DNA of 64,000 nucleotides from Methanobrevibacter sp. (GCA_017407115.1 JAFQXD010000016.1:30088-94087); one strand, 5' to 3'. Numbered from the stretch's first letter, positions 26,940-38,728 are shown. Notes: generated by a model from the letters alone, not told the origin. Translations and numbers: made by a program.

Positions 26940-27863
26940 ATGAAAGTAAACCAAATCAGTGTAGATAAGAATATGTCTGTATCAGATTTATTGAATCAAT
27001 TCGATCAATCTGGTGTTTTAGGAGCAGGAAGAGTGGCTCGCGCATGCAATATATTGGTAGATATGATTCAGGATGAGGATATGAATGTATTTTTAAGTCT
27101 TGGAGGTCCTTTAATCCCTGGGGGGATGAGAAATATAGTAACTAATATGATAAATGAAGGGCATGTAAATTTAATTGTTTCAAGTGGGGCCAATATCACT
27201 CATGATTTGGTTGAAGCATTTGGTGGTTCTCATTATCGACATGAAGGAAAGGATGATGAAGAATTGAATGAAGAAGGAATAGGTAGAATTGCAGACATTA
27301 ATGTGGGATCTGATGATTTTACAATCTTTGAAAGTGAAATAACTAAAATATTCGAAAAGATATCCGAAAAGAAAAAGGTTATTTCAATTCAGGAATTGCT
27401 TCATGAGATTGGCCTTTTAGTTGAAGATGAAAACTCATTTGTAGCTACTGCTGCTAGAAATAATGTGCCAATATTTGCACCGGGGTTAATTGACTCTATG
27501 ATGGGTCTTCAGTTGTGGATATTTTCACAGGACCATGACCTTACGGTAAGTGCTGCGGGGGACATGCCATTACTGTCTGATATTGTATTCGGTTCCAAGA
27601 AAGTTGGGGCAATACTTTTGGGTGGAGGCCTTACAAAACATTATACCTTAGCTTCTAATGTTATTACTGGAGGTCTTGATGCTGCTATTCAAATTACGAT
27701 GGACAGGCCTGAGGCAGGCAGTTTAGGTGGAGCTCCTCTCGAAGAGGCAAAATCATGGGCAAAAGCAAGATGCGGCTCTAGTTTGGCTAGTGTTGTCGGT
27801 GATGTTACGGTTATATTTCCATTGATTTATGCTGCAGCCCTAGATAAAATCAGTTGTGATTAA
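26940..27863 (+). CDS. dys: Deoxyhypusine synthase
   Basis: It is 307 aa. GAGRVARACNIL, LSLGGPLIPGGMRN, SSGANITHD and GGGLTKHY fit the archaeal DHS pattern. Confidence 0.8.
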   Translation: MKVNQISVDKNMSVSDLLNQFDQSGVLGAGRVARACNILVDMIQDEDMNVFLSLGGPLIPGGMRNIVTNMINEGHVNLIVSSGANITHDLVEAFGGSHYRHEGKDDEELNEEGIGRIADINVGSDDFTIFESEITKIFEKISEKKKVISIQELLHEIGLLVEDENSFVATAARNNVPIFAPGLIDSMMGLQLWIFSQDHDLTVSAAGDMPLLSDIVFGSKKVGAILLGGGLTKHYTLASNVITGGLDAAIQITMDRPEAGSLGGAPLEEAKSWAKARCGSSLASVVGDVTVIFPLIYAAALDKISCD

Positions 27864-28391
27864 ATGAGTTATATAATTTTAGCCTTATTATTTATTTTAT
27901 CTGGATTTTTCATGAAATTTTCAGATGATTTGTTCGATGTTAATGATAATTTAGCTTTTGCAAGTGTTTTTGGTGTTTTTTGTGGGATTGCATCTGCGCT
28001 GGCTTCAGTTTATAGTTTTGAAGCAGCTTATATTTTTTTAGCTATTTTAATTGGAAATTTAATTGCTCTTAAAGTTGATGGGATGCACCATATAATTACA
28101 TTAATAATTTTCATAGTTATCTTGCTTGTTGGAGGAATTCCTGACTTAAGTTTGGTAGTTTTATTGATATGTATTTTAGCAGCATTGTCTGATGAAATAG
28201 GTCATGAACTAATCTCAAAAGTTACTCAAAATAAGTTTTTAAATCTGTTTTTTGAATATAGATTTGTGATGAAAATAGTGATATTATTGCTTGCGGTTTG
28301 CGGCGTATTTGATTTTTGGATATTCTTGTGTTTTATTTTGTTTGAAATATCCTATGAAACTGCAGGAATTTTGTTTGAAAGTTTCAATTAA
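27864..28391 (+). CDS. Integral membrane protein, unknown function
   Basis: It is 175 aa with about 5 hydrophobic helices. Its start abuts the dys stop. Confidence 0.5.
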   Translation: MSYIILALLFILSGFFMKFSDDLFDVNDNLAFASVFGVFCGIASALASVYSFEAAYIFLAILIGNLIALKVDGMHHIITLIIFIVILLVGGIPDLSLVVLLICILAALSDEIGHELISKVTQNKFLNLFFEYRFVMKIVILLLAVCGVFDFWIFLCFILFEISYETAGILFESFN

Positions 28392-28405
28392 AAAAAAGAA
28401 GTTAA

Positions 28406-28429
28406 AAAAGGAATATGAAAATTCCTTTT
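28406..28429. terminator. Bidirectional hairpin between convergent genes
   Basis: There is a 9-bp stem, AAAAGGAAT paired with ATTCCTTTT, with a 6-nt loop, flanked by A- and T-runs. Confidence 0.45.
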
Positions 28430-28439
28430 ATTTTTTTGT

Positions 28440-28688
28440 TTAGTCGTCTCCAACTTCGATACCCATTTTACCAGCGATTCTAGCAACGAGTACGGTAATA
28501 ACGACTGCAACAATAGTTACAACAATAGCATATATGAATAAACTAGGAATTGCATCTCCGGAACCGATAAAGGACTCGATTAATTTTTGGATTGCATCAT
28601 TCCATGCTGAACCTGCAACGAACGCAAATGCAGTGGTGATTAATGCTAAAATTGTTTCCATAATCATTTTTGTTACTTCGTTTGCCAT
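28440..28688 (-). CDS. Small membrane protein (DUF5654-like)
   Basis: The start MANEV... is preceded by GGGGTGA. There are two TM helices, and AGSAWNDAIQKLIESF is reminiscent of the DUF5654 family. Confidence 0.5.
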   Translation of the reverse strand: MANEVTKMIMETILALITTAFAFVAGSAWNDAIQKLIESFIGSGDAIPSLFIYAIVVTIVAVVITVLVARIAGKMGIEVGDD

Positions 28689-28773
28689 ATTTTCACCCCA
28701 TTTTTTTAATTGTTTGTTCATAGATTATAAGAACAATATTATTTTTATTTCTTTTAATTAAAATAGTTTAGCT

Positions 28774-29421
28774 TTATTTCAAGGATTCGATTAATTTCTC
28801 ACAAGCTTCTTTGGGATTGTCTGATTCATAAATACTTCTTCCCACAATGATGGCATTTGAATATTGCAATGTTTTTTTACCGTCTCCACCTTGCTTTCCA
28901 ACGCCCGGAGAGATGATGTATGCGTCTTTTCCAACAATCCGGCGTATATCTGAAAGCCTGTCAAGTCTTGTTGCAGGTGCGACATAATTTGTAATTCCCA
29001 TCTCAACTCCCATCTTGGCTATTGCGTCTGCATTTTTTTGAAGAAACATTTTGGCTCCGGGATGTGACATTTCGGTTAAGAGGAACAGTTCTTTTTCGTA
29101 TCTGTTTGCCACATCAAGGCATGCCTGCACGCTGTCTGATCCGACAAAACCATGGCATATGATTGCATCTGCCCCTGCCTTGAATGTTTCATCGCATATT
29201 TTGGAGTTGGTTGCATCTATGTCTGCCACCTTAAAGTCGCATATCACCTGAAAACCGAATTTGTCTTTTAATTTGTTGATTATTTCAAGGCCTTCAGCAA
29301 GTGCTAATGGGTATCCTATTTTTATTGTGTCAATATATTCTTTGATTGAATCGCAAATTTGAATGGCTTCATTTTCGTTTCCCACATCAAGTGCTAAAAT
29401 CAGGTTATTTTTTATGTTCAT
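28774..29421 (-). CDS. pyrF: Orotidine 5'-phosphate decarboxylase
   Basis: The sequence shows LILALDV, IKIGYPL, ICDFKVADIDATN and PGVGKQGGD. Confidence 0.85.
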   Translation of the reverse strand: MNIKNNLILALDVGNENEAIQICDSIKEYIDTIKIGYPLALAEGLEIINKLKDKFGFQVICDFKVADIDATNSKICDETFKAGADAIICHGFVGSDSVQACLDVANRYEKELFLLTEMSHPGAKMFLQKNADAIAKMGVEMGITNYVAPATRLDRLSDIRRIVGKDAYIISPGVGKQGGDGKKTLQYSNAIIVGRSIYESDNPKEACEKLIESLK

Positions 29422-29620
29422 GTTATCCTCTTTGTTTGTTATTCTATTAAAATTATTAGGTTGTCCTAAATTTAGTTCATGGTATTACTAATAATATTTA
29501 TATATAATAAGGTATATAATAAGATTATCAATAAAACTTTAATAATATTTAATTGTAATTTAAATTTTTATTGAGTAATATATCAAATTGTATTGATAGG
29601 TTATTTGGAGGAAATTATTT

Positions 29621-30298
29621 ATGCATATTATGGAAGGGTTCTTACCACCATTTTGGTGTGCTGTTTGGTATGTAATAGCAATCATTGTTGTGGCATACGG
29701 GCTCTATGAAATTAAAAAGGTAGTAGATGAAACACCTGAATCCAAAGCTTTACTTGCTGTAAGTGGAGCATTCATGTTCGTTATTTCATCTTTGAAATTA
29801 CCTTCTGTAACCGGAAGTTGTTCTCACCCAACAGGTAACGGATTAGGTGCAGCACTATTTGGACCTGCTGTTACTGGTGTTTTAGCAACAATTGTATTAA
29901 TTTTCCAAGCAATCTTACTTGCTCACGGAGGATTAACTACTTTAGGTGCAAACTGTGTATCTATGGGTATTGTAGGACCATTTGTCGGATGGATTGTATA
30001 CAAACTATTAACTAAAGCTGGAGTTCCATCTAAAATTAATATTTTCTTAATTGCTTTCATTGCAGATATCGTAACTTACATCGTAACTGCAATCCAATTA
30101 GGTTTAGCATTCCCTGAACCTACCACTATGGCAGCAATTACAAAATTCTTCTTAATCTTCGCTCCAACTCAATTACCATTAGCTATCGCTGAAGGTTTAT
30201 TAACCGTAATTATTTGGAACGGATTAATGAGTTACAAACCTAAATTATTAAACAAATTAGGTGCAATTTCAGACAGTGAATTATCTAAAGGTGAATAG
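29621..30298 (+). CDS. cbiM: ECF transporter substrate component CbiM (cobalt or nickel)
   Basis: The N-terminus is MHIMEGFLP, and SCSHPTGNGLGA is present. The protein is multi-TM and is followed by N, Q and O genes. Confidence 0.85.
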   Translation: MHIMEGFLPPFWCAVWYVIAIIVVAYGLYEIKKVVDETPESKALLAVSGAFMFVISSLKLPSVTGSCSHPTGNGLGAALFGPAVTGVLATIVLIFQAILLAHGGLTTLGANCVSMGIVGPFVGWIVYKLLTKAGVPSKINIFLIAFIADIVTYIVTAIQLGLAFPEPTTMAAITKFFLIFAPTQLPLAIAEGLLTVIIWNGLMSYKPKLLNKLGAISDSELSKGE

Positions 30299-30299
30299 A

Positions 30300-30584
30300 A
30301 TGAAATATGAAAATATTATTTTAGCAATTATTGTAATTGCAATTTTAGTCATTCCTTTAGCAATGTATTCAGGTCTCGGTGAAGACGAAGGATACTTCGG
30401 AGGATCTGACGATCAAGGATCTGATGGTGTTTCAGAAACTGGATATGAACCTTGGTTTAATTCATTTTGGGAACCACCAAGTGGTGAAATAGAAAGTTTA
30501 TTATTCGCTGTCCAGGCAGCTATTGGAGCAATCATTATTGGTTACTTCTTCGGTTACTGGAGAGGACAAGGTAAAGAAGAATAA
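30300..30584 (+). CDS. cbiN: Cobalt/nickel transport protein CbiN
   Basis: It is 94 aa with two TM helices. The ATG at 30300 follows the cbiM stop. The longer track ORF from 30261 overlaps cbiM. Confidence 0.7.
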   Translation: MKYENIILAIIVIAILVIPLAMYSGLGEDEGYFGGSDDQGSDGVSETGYEPWFNSFWEPPSGEIESLLFAVQAAIGAIIIGYFFGYWRGQGKEE

Positions 30585-30629
30585 TTTTATTATTCTTTTT
30601 TCTTTTTTTTTAAAATAGAGGTTGTTTAA

Positions 30630-31322
30630 TTGAAATTTGATATTGATTATATTGCACATAACAACAGGTTATCTGATTTTAATATGTATGTAAAAGTAAT
30701 CGTTTCAATTGGTTTGATGGTTGCTACTTTAATTTTGGATAATTTAACACTTGATATAATTGTGTTTGTTTTAATGGCTATATTGGTATTGGGTGTAGCT
30801 AGAATCTCTTTTAAATCATATCTTAAGTTTCTAACAATTCCGATTGTATTTGCAGTAATTACATGTTTATTTTTATTGTTTTTCTTTGGACATGGTCCAT
30901 TGATTTATGATACTGGATTTTGGGGAATAGGTATAACTCAATCTTCTCTTGATTTGGCAGTTACAACATTCTGTCGTTGTTTTGCATGTTTTTCATGTTT
31001 AGGATTTTTAACATTAACAACACCAATTGCAGACATTCTTCAGTGTTTACATATGATAAAAGTTCCAGTAATTTTCATAGATATTGCTCTTTTGATGTAT
31101 AATACTATATTTATATTCTTAGACCAATTGTCTACAATGAGGAATGCTCAAGAAACAAGATTAGGTTATGTTGGGTCTAAAAGTACATACAAATCATTAG
31201 GTATGCTATTCAGTAATTTATTTTTCAGATCATTAGATAAATCCGAAACTTTACAATGTTCTTTAGATTCAAGATGTTATCAAGGCTATTTGCCGGTTTA
31301 TAAACCAAAAAGGGGGAAATAA
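30630..31322 (+). CDS. cbiQ: ECF transporter transmembrane component CbiQ
   Basis: It has a TTG start and is a 230-aa polytopic protein between cbiN and the ATPase. The ...ARISFK...RNAQETR motif region is present. Confidence 0.7.
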   Translation: MKFDIDYIAHNNRLSDFNMYVKVIVSIGLMVATLILDNLTLDIIVFVLMAILVLGVARISFKSYLKFLTIPIVFAVITCLFLLFFFGHGPLIYDTGFWGIGITQSSLDLAVTTFCRCFACFSCLGFLTLTTPIADILQCLHMIKVPVIFIDIALLMYNTIFIFLDQLSTMRNAQETRLGYVGSKSTYKSLGMLFSNLFFRSLDKSETLQCSLDSRCYQGYLPVYKPKRGK

Positions 31323-31325
31323 ATA

Positions 31326-32162
31326 ATGTTAAAAGCAGAAAATATTTCTTATTCATATGATGATGGTACACAAGCTTTGAAAAATGTCAATTTAAATGTT
31401 GAAAAAGGAGAAATGGTTTCTCTTCTTGGGAAAAATGGTGCAGGCAAATCTACATTATTTTTACATTTCAATGGAATTTACAAGGCGGACAACGGTAAAA
31501 TTATCATAGATGGTGAGGAATTAAAGCACGATAAAAAAAGTTTAGTGCATTTTAGACAAAAAATTGGAATTGTTTTTCAAAATCCTGATGATCAACTTTT
31601 CGCACCAACTGTAGAAGAGGATGTTGCTTTTGGACCTTTAAATTTGGGGTTATCTCAAGAAGAAACACAAAAAAGAGTCACTGAAGCTCTCGAAAGAGTT
31701 GACATGGCAGGTTTTGAAAGGAAAGCTCCGCATCATTTAAGTGGAGGTCAGAAAAAAAGAGTTGCTATAGCAGGAATATTGGCTATGCAACCTGAAATAA
31801 TGGTTCTTGATGAACCGACATCTGGTCTTGACCCAAAAGGTGCGTCAGATATTTTGAAACTTCTATATGAGTTAAATGATGAAGGCATGACTATTATTAT
31901 TTCAACACACGATGTTGATTTGGTGCCGATTTACTCAAGTAAAGTGTATGTAATTAGTTCTGGGGAAATTATTAAAAGTGGAACTCCAAAAGAAGTATTT
32001 GGTGATATTGACTTAATTAGAAATGCTAATTTAAGACTTCCACGTGTTGCACATTTATTCGAAATCTTGGATAAAAGAGACGGTTTCGGATTGAATGGTG
32101 AATATCCGTTAACAATTTCTGAAGCCAGAGCTTTGGCTAATGAACTACACAATTCTAAATAA
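31326..32162 (+). CDS. cbiO: ECF transporter ATPase CbiO
   Basis: It has Walker A (GKNGAGKST), the signature LSGGQKKRVAIA, and Walker B (MVLDEPTSGLD). Confidence 0.85.
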   Translation: MLKAENISYSYDDGTQALKNVNLNVEKGEMVSLLGKNGAGKSTLFLHFNGIYKADNGKIIIDGEELKHDKKSLVHFRQKIGIVFQNPDDQLFAPTVEEDVAFGPLNLGLSQEETQKRVTEALERVDMAGFERKAPHHLSGGQKKRVAIAGILAMQPEIMVLDEPTSGLDPKGASDILKLLYELNDEGMTIIISTHDVDLVPIYSSKVYVISSGEIIKSGTPKEVFGDIDLIRNANLRLPRVAHLFEILDKRDGFGLNGEYPLTISEARALANELHNSK

Positions 32163-32297
32163 AAATATTTTTTTTTAAATCAGAAAATTTTCATAATTTT
32201 AAATCCCAAAGTATTACTCACAGTAATAATTCATAATACTTTCTTATTTTTCAACTAAACTTTTATATTTTAACAAACATACTTTTTCATAAGGTGA

Positions 32298-32762
<465 letters not shown>

Positions 32763-32774
32763 AAAAGGTGTAAA

Positions 32775-33479
32775 ATGGAATACGAAATAACCGCAGAAGA
32801 CAAGAATGAAACATATGTTGTTCTTCCCGCATATAATGAAGCAACAAGAATCCAACCTGTAATCGAGGCCATTGCAGAGAAAGGATATAATATGGTCATT
32901 GTCAATGACGGATCATTAGACAATACCTTGGATGTTATACTGGAATCCAAAAGGAAATATCCAAACAGGATTCATGTTTATTCATTGCTTATAAATCGTG
33001 GTGTGGGCATTGCAACACAAACAGGCTTTGATGCTGTTTTGAAATACAATCCAAAGTATATCGTAAGTATGGATTCAGACGGACAGCACTCTGCTGATGA
33101 TTTGGATAATGTAATAAAGCCTTTGGTTACCGGTGAAGCTGAAGCGGTTATAGGTGTAAGGCCTCTTAAAGACATGCCTTTCACTCGTAATTTTGCAAAT
33201 TCCATCATGAATCTTTTAACAAGAATATTCTATAGAGTAGATGTAAGTGATTCCCAGACAGGTTTTAGAGCCATAACCAAGGGAGCATTAAACAAAATCA
33301 GCATTAATGCCACAGGGTATCTGATTTCTTCAGAATTCATACGTGAAATTAATGATAATAATATTCCTTTTGCAGAAGTTCCAATCGAAACAATTTACAC
33401 TCCTGAAACTCAAGCAAAAGGAACAAACGTTACTGTTGCAATTAAAATATTGCTTCAAATGATTAAACATCAATTTTAA
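32775..33479 (+). CDS. Family 2 glycosyltransferase (dolichyl-phosphate sugar transferase-like)
   Basis: The sequence shows VVLPAYNEA, VIVNDGSLDNT and MDSDGQH, the last carrying the DxD motif. Confidence 0.8.
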   Translation: MEYEITAEDKNETYVVLPAYNEATRIQPVIEAIAEKGYNMVIVNDGSLDNTLDVILESKRKYPNRIHVYSLLINRGVGIATQTGFDAVLKYNPKYIVSMDSDGQHSADDLDNVIKPLVTGEAEAVIGVRPLKDMPFTRNFANSIMNLLTRIFYRVDVSDSQTGFRAITKGALNKISINATGYLISSEFIREINDNNIPFAEVPIETIYTPETQAKGTNVTVAIKILLQMIKHQF

Positions 33480-33490
33480 ATGGTGATAAT

Positions 33491-33838
33491 ATGTTGTTAT
33501 ATTCTTTAATATTTCCGATTATTTCTTTAATAGCTATTGTGGGAATTGTATTAAGATACATGAAAAGAAAAAATTCCTTCACTACAGTCATTTTATGGTC
33601 AATATTTTGGATTTTCGTCAGTGTATTTGCACTTTTCCCAAATCTAAGTACTTCATTTGCAAGCGCTTTTGGTATAACTCGTGGTTTGGATTTTGTAATT
33701 ATTTTAGTATTTATCATATTGTTCTACATTGCTTTAAAACTATACTTCATTGTTGATAAGATGCAAAATGACCTAAATAAGATTGTTAAAGAGGTTGCAA
33801 TTCAAAATGAAATCACTCTTGATGATGAAGAGGAATAA
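33491..33838 (+). CDS. Small membrane protein (DUF2304-like) partnered with GT2
   Basis: It is 115 aa with 3-4 TM helices and lies immediately downstream of the GT2 gene. Confidence 0.5.
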   Translation: MLLYSLIFPIISLIAIVGIVLRYMKRKNSFTTVILWSIFWIFVSVFALFPNLSTSFASAFGITRGLDFVIILVFIILFYIALKLYFIVDKMQNDLNKIVKEVAIQNEITLDDEEE

Positions 33839-33843
33839 TTATC

Positions 33844-34515
33844 ATGTTGTATTTTAGAGGATGCACTGCACGAGAAAAGCAGACAGGCATTGGCGAAGCG
33901 ACAGAACGACTTCTTGAGATTGCAGGAGTTGATTTCCACACGTTGGATGATGAAAAATGTTGTGGGTCTGTTTTGCTTAGAACTGGTTTTATTGATGAGG
34001 CCAAAGAGCAGATAGAAAATAATACTGAAATTCTTAAAGGCGAAAAAATCATCACTTCCTGTGCAGGATGTTATAAGACATTGAAGGATGATTATGAAGG
34101 TTTGGATGTTATTCACATTTCACAACTTTTAGATGAATTAATCAAAGAAGGGAAAATTAGATTATCCAAAAAGGATTTGGATGTTACATATCATGATTCA
34201 TGTCATTTGGGCCGTCACTGCAATGTTTTTGATGAGCCTAGAGATGTCATTAAATCAGTAGCTAATCTTGTTGAAATGGAAAATATCCGTGAAAACAGTT
34301 TGTGCTGCGGTGCTGGTGGTGGTGTCAAATCTGCTTATCCTGAAATTGCAAACCAGATGGCATCTTCAAGGATTGCACAGGCAAAGGAAACAGGTTGTAA
34401 TATATTAATCACTCCATGTCCGTTCTGTAAGCTTAATTTGGAAAATGACGATTTGGAAGTTTTGGATTTGACTGAATTTTTAATGAAATATGGTGAGATA
34501 GATGAAACCCAGTGA
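33844..34515 (+). CDS. Cysteine-rich (CCG) domain Fe-S oxidoreductase subunit, LutA/HdrB-like
   Basis: Two CCG-type motifs are present (KCCGS...SCAGCY and LCCGAGGG...PCPFC). Confidence 0.7.
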   Translation: MLYFRGCTAREKQTGIGEATERLLEIAGVDFHTLDDEKCCGSVLLRTGFIDEAKEQIENNTEILKGEKIITSCAGCYKTLKDDYEGLDVIHISQLLDELIKEGKIRLSKKDLDVTYHDSCHLGRHCNVFDEPRDVIKSVANLVEMENIRENSLCCGAGGGVKSAYPEIANQMASSRIAQAKETGCNILITPCPFCKLNLENDDLEVLDLTEFLMKYGEIDETQ

Positions 34516-35704
34516 ACTTGAAACAATGAGAAAATCATTCAGCACTGTTAAAAAGCGGTCAAATGCAATCAAGGAATCACCATCCACAAAAAGATTAATA
34601 GATAGAGTTCGTGAAATTAAAAAATACTCAATTGAAAACAATGAAGATCTGTTTAAACAGACGTTGGAATCATTCAAACGCAATGACATTGATTTTAAAA
34701 TTGCCGCTTCAGCGCAGGACGCTTTGGATATTATCGATGAACTTCTTGATGAGTATGGCTGCACTACTATAGCTAAAGCAAAATCAAATACATTGGGTGA
34801 AATCAATCTTAAAAACCACTTGAAGGATTCAGACATTGACGTTGTTGAAACAGATTTGGGAGATAGGATTTTACAGCTTAAAAAAACTGACAATAAGCCG
34901 GTTCATCCAACAGGTCCCGCTTCTCATTTGAATATTTCCAAGATTACAGACATTGTCAACGAGTCTTTGGATGTGAATGTTCATCCCGAAGCTCGCGAAA
35001 TTATGGAGACTGTCAGAAGTGATGTGCTAAAACGCCTTGAAAGTGCCAATGTAGGTATAAGTGGAGCCAATGCAATAGCGTCCGAAGAAGGGTCCCTTGT
35101 AATGGTGCACAATGAGGGCAATATTTCAATAGTTTCACTGAAAGATTTGCATATAATTGTAGCTGGAATTGATAAAATTGTACCTTCTCTGGAAGACGCA
35201 ATCTCTGTTGTAAAGCTTGAAACCATTTTTGCAACAGGAAACTATGTCACATCATACATGAATGTGATTTCAGGACCGTCAAAAACAGCAGATATAGAAA
35301 AAAAGCTGTTGAAGAATATGTATGGTGCCGAAAAAGTTGTAGTGATACTTTTAGACAATGGAAGAAGCGAAGCAACACCTGAATGTCTGTATTGCATAGG
35401 TTGCGGAAACTGCGTAGTCCACTGTCCGGTATACAATGCAGTTGGAAACGAATTCGGATTCAACAATTATCTTGGCGGACGTGGCGTTGCAATGTCAAAA
35501 TTCATTGAAGATGACGAGACCTGCTACAACTCAGGACTTTACATGTGTACCTTATGCGGATTATGTACCCTTAATTGTCCGGTGTCCATTCCGACAAATG
35601 AAATTATTGAAAACATGAGAAAACTGTCAACCGATGTTGGATTTTATCCGAAAGCACATGGCATCATTAAAGATAATGTTTCAAATAACAATTCACCTTA
35701 TTAA
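34502..35704 (+). CDS. LUD-domain / 2x[4Fe-4S] protein, LutB-like
   Basis: It has a central LUD-like region plus [12 protein letters not shown] and [12 protein letters not shown] ferredoxin motifs. It overlaps the upstream CCG gene. Confidence 0.7.
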   Translation: MKPSELETMRKSFSTVKKRSNAIKESPSTKRLIDRVREIKKYSIENNEDLFKQTLESFKRNDIDFKIAASAQDALDIIDELLDEYGCTTIAKAKSNTLGEINLKNHLKDSDIDVVETDLGDRILQLKKTDNKPVHPTGPASHLNISKITDIVNESLDVNVHPEAREIMETVRSDVLKRLESANVGISGANAIASEEGSLVMVHNEGNISIVSLKDLHIIVAGIDKIVPSLEDAISVVKLETIFATGNYVTSYMNVISGPSKTADIEKKLLKNMYGAEKVVVILLDNGRSEATPECLYCIGCGNCVVHCPVYNAVGNEFGFNNYLGGRGVAMSKFIEDDETCYNSGLYMCTLCGLCTLNCPVSIPTNEIIENMRKLSTDVGFYPKAHGIIKDNVSNNNSPY

Positions 35705-35805
35705 TCTATTTTTTTTTTAAATTTTTTTCATATACCAATAATATTATAAATAATAAAGAAGTAATATTATTATATTATAAAATTATATTTTATTGGAGGA
35801 AATAC

Positions 35806-36519
35806 ATGCTTCTATTAATAAGTCCTATAAATCGTGAAGAAGCTCTTGAATCTATTGAAGGTGGAGCAGACATTGTTGATGTTAAAAATCCTAAAGAAGG
35901 TTCTTTAGGTGCTAATTTCCCATGGGTTATCAAAGAAATCAGGGAATTAACTCCTGAAGACAAGCTTGTCAGTGCTACTTTAGGTGATGTGCCTTACAAA
36001 CCAGGTACAGTCTCTCTTGCGGCAATGGGAGCACACGTTTCAGGAGCGGATTACATTAAAGTTGGGTTATATGGAACAAAAGACCATGATGAAGCTGTTG
36101 AAGTCATGGAAAATGTTGTAAAAACTGTAAAAGATGTTAGTGAAGATACAATTATTGTGGCTGCAGGTTATGCTGATGCTCACCGCGTAGGTGCAGTTGG
36201 ACCTATGGAAATTCCAAAAATAGCTAAAGATGCTGGATGCGATTTGGCAATGCTTGATACTGCAGTTAAAGACGGTCACACATTATTCGACTATTTAGAT
36301 ATTGATCAATTAAAAGAGTTTGTAGATGAAGCTCACAGCTATGATTTATTGACTGCACTTGCAGGATCCGTTAAAAAAGACCAATTGAAACCGTTGCATG
36401 ACATCGGCTGTGATGTTGTCGGTATCAGGGGAGCTGCATGTGTAGGTGGTGACAGAAACACTGGTAAAATACACCACACTGCAGTAGCTGAGCTTAAAGA
36501 ATTATTAGATTCATTTTAA
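35806..36519 (+). CDS. mfnB: (5-formylfuran-3-yl)methyl phosphate synthase (methanofuran biosynthesis)
   Basis: [51 protein letters not shown] and [17 protein letters not shown] closely resemble MJ1099 as recalled. Confidence 0.9.
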   Translation: MLLLISPINREEALESIEGGADIVDVKNPKEGSLGANFPWVIKEIRELTPEDKLVSATLGDVPYKPGTVSLAAMGAHVSGADYIKVGLYGTKDHDEAVEVMENVVKTVKDVSEDTIIVAAGYADAHRVGAVGPMEIPKIAKDAGCDLAMLDTAVKDGHTLFDYLDIDQLKEFVDEAHSYDLLTALAGSVKKDQLKPLHDIGCDVVGIRGAACVGGDRNTGKIHHTAVAELKELLDSF

Positions 36520-36532
36520 TCAGGTGTAAATT

Positions 36533-38017
36533 ATGTCATATTCAAAAAAAGTTCAAGAAGCAAGAATGTCTTTCACATTTGACGATTTTCTTTTGACTCC
36601 TAATGCAAGCTATGTGGAACCTAAAGACATTGATACAAAAATCGAATTGGGCAAAGGAATTAAATTGAATATTCCTGTTTTAAGTGCTGCAATGGATACT
36701 GTAACTGAATCCGATCTTGCAATCGCTATGGCACAACAAGGTGGTGTAGGAGTACTTCACAGAAACATGTCACTTGAAAGGCAAGTTGAAGAAGTCAAAA
36801 AAGTAAAGAATGCTGAAGATTTAACAATCCGTGATGTCATAACTATCTCCCCGGAGTCCACTGTTACTGAAGCCTTATCAGTAATGCGTGATGAGCTTAT
36901 TAGTGGTTTGCCGGTTGTTGATGGTGATAAAATCATGGGAATTATCTCAAAAAGGGACATCAGACCTGTTTTAAAATCAGAACCAAATACTCCAATTAAA
37001 GACATAATGACTTCTGATGTAGTCACAGTTGAAGAAGGAGTTTCTTCTGAAGAAGCATTGAATGTTGCTTATGAAAACAAAGTTGAAAGACTCCCTGTTG
37101 TTCATGATGACAAATTAGTGGGAATAATTACCATTAAAGATATTTTAAATCAAAATCAATATCCGAATGCTGCACGTGACAAGGACGGTAACTTTTTGGT
37201 TGCTGCAGCATGCGGTCCATTCGATTTGGAAAGGGCAATGGCACTTGATGAGGCCGGTGCTGATATCATTTCAATTGACTGTGCTCATGCACATAATATG
37301 AATGTAGTTAAATTCACTGAAACCATTAAAGATAATATTGATGCTGAACTATGTGTAGGTAATATCGCTACTGCTGAAGCCGCTGAAGATTTAATATCAA
37401 TGGGAGTTGATGCACTTAAAGTGGGTATCGGTCCGGGTTCAATGTGTACTACCCGTATTGTGGCAGGTGTAGGAGTACCTCAACTTACCGCTATTTCAGA
37501 TGTTGCTGATGCAGCAGCAGACTCAGGAGTTCCTGTGATTGCTGATGGTGGTATCAGATACTCCGGTGATGTTGCTAAAGCTATCGGCGCAGGTGCTGAT
37601 GCAGTAATGCTTGGAAACTTACTTGCAGCATCCCTTGAAGCCCCAGGGGACATTGTTGTAATGAACGGTAAACAATACAAAAAATACCGTGGAATGGGAT
37701 CAATGGGTGCAATGACCAGTGAATTTGATGGTGGTTCAGACAGATACTTCCAAAGTAACAAAAGTAAAATGAACCATACCAAATATGTTCCTGAAGGAAT
37801 TGAAGGTGCTGTACCATACAGAGGAACAATTGCTGAAATATTATTCCAATTAGTCGGCGGTTTAAAATCATCCATGGGTTACTGTGGTGCAAAAGACATC
37901 GCTGCAATGAAGGAAAAAGCAAACTTTGTTAGAATTACAAGTAGTGGTATCAAGGAATCCCACCCTCATGACTTGTTAATTACTAATGAAAGTCCTAATT
38001 ATCCAACTCTCGAATAG
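36533..38017 (+). CDS. guaB: IMP dehydrogenase
   Basis: It has an inserted CBS pair, the catalytic loop [11 protein letters not shown], and the motifs GGIRYSGD and YRGMGS. Confidence 0.95.
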   Translation: MSYSKKVQEARMSFTFDDFLLTPNASYVEPKDIDTKIELGKGIKLNIPVLSAAMDTVTESDLAIAMAQQGGVGVLHRNMSLERQVEEVKKVKNAEDLTIRDVITISPESTVTEALSVMRDELISGLPVVDGDKIMGIISKRDIRPVLKSEPNTPIKDIMTSDVVTVEEGVSSEEALNVAYENKVERLPVVHDDKLVGIITIKDILNQNQYPNAARDKDGNFLVAAACGPFDLERAMALDEAGADIISIDCAHAHNMNVVKFTETIKDNIDAELCVGNIATAEAAEDLISMGVDALKVGIGPGSMCTTRIVAGVGVPQLTAISDVADAAADSGVPVIADGGIRYSGDVAKAIGAGADAVMLGNLLAASLEAPGDIVVMNGKQYKKYRGMGSMGAMTSEFDGGSDRYFQSNKSKMNHTKYVPEGIEGAVPYRGTIAEILFQLVGGLKSSMGYCGAKDIAAMKEKANFVRITSSGIKESHPHDLLITNESPNYPTLE

Positions 38018-38282
38018 TTGGATATCATTTCATTTTTGTTTTGATGGGAATCTGATAAAATATACGATTTGTAGGGGGAAGTATTTTCTCATCAAAATTA
38101 TTTATATTTTACACAATAACTTGTGTTTTTTATTAATTTAACTAATTTTAAGAAAACATTTAAATATAAGTAAATACTATATTATCATATTAGATAATTT
38201 TATGATTATTTTTAGATAATCTATGTAAATTCAAGAAATTTACATCTTTAATTAAATTTTATTTATTACGGAGAGAATATAA

Positions 38283-38552
38283 ATGGCAAGAACTAAAAAA
38301 GTAGGTATCACAGGTAGGTTCGGTGCAAGATACGGAAGAAAAGCAAAAAGATCTGTTAAAATCATTGAAGAAAACATGAAAAAGAATCATGTTTGTCCTA
38401 AATGTGATAGACCTTATGTAAAAAGACAAGCTGCTGGAATTTGGAAATGCAGAAAATGTGGTGCAGTATTCACCGGAGGAGCTTACGTTCCACAAACTCC
38501 TATGGCAAAATCTGCAGCACGCAGTATCAGAGACATTAAAGTGGAGGAATAG
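38283..38552 (+). CDS. rpl37ae: Ribosomal protein L37Ae (eL43)
   Basis: GRFGARYG is present, along with the CPKC...CRKC zinc ribbon. Confidence 0.95.
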   Translation: MARTKKVGITGRFGARYGRKAKRSVKIIEENMKKNHVCPKCDRPYVKRQAAGIWKCRKCGAVFTGGAYVPQTPMAKSAARSIRDIKVEE

Positions 38553-38555
38553 GCG

Positions 38556-38687
38556 TTGTATAGATGTCCACGTTGTGGAGCAGAAGTAGACCATAAGAGC
38601 TACATGGAAAATAAATGTCCTAAATGCAGATATAGGATTTTATTTAAAAATGTTCCAGAAACTACTAGAATCATAAAAGCAAGATAA
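38556..38687 (+). CDS. rpoP: DNA-directed RNA polymerase subunit P (Rpo12)
   Basis: It is a 43-aa ORF with a TTG start 3 nt after the rpl37ae stop: (M)YRCPRCGAEVDHKSYMENKCPKCRYRILFKNVPETTRIIKAR. It has a CxxC...CxxC zinc ribbon and is absent from the ORF track. Confidence 0.75.
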   Translation: MYRCPRCGAEVDHKSYMENKCPKCRYRILFKNVPETTRIIKAR

Positions 38688-38728
38688 TTTCTTTGCTTTT
38701 ACCATATTTTTTACTATTTTTGATTTAA

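Noticed and set aside
29422-29620. Possible cobalamin riboswitch upstream of cbiMNQO
   Set aside because: The interval is almost pure AT. I saw no B12-box-like GC-rich core and no conserved stems. It looks like a plain promoter and leader.
37480-37922. Two overlapping minus-strand ORFs (131 and 113 aa) inside guaB
   Set aside because: They are antisense to IMP dehydrogenase, whose catalytic motifs are unambiguous.
38030-38110. Possible C/D-box sRNA (TGATGG ... CTGA, flanked by the TTTTGATG / CATCAAAA inverted repeat) downstream of guaB
   Set aside because: The box spacing is wrong because the C-like and D-like boxes are only about 5 nt apart. There is no terminal D box next to the 3' stem. 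It is more likely a terminator-type hairpin.
38259-38594. 111-aa minus-strand ORF over rpl37ae and rpoP
   Set aside because: It is antisense to two zinc-ribbon genes with textbook motifs, and its product is Cys/Ser/Phe-rich nonsense.
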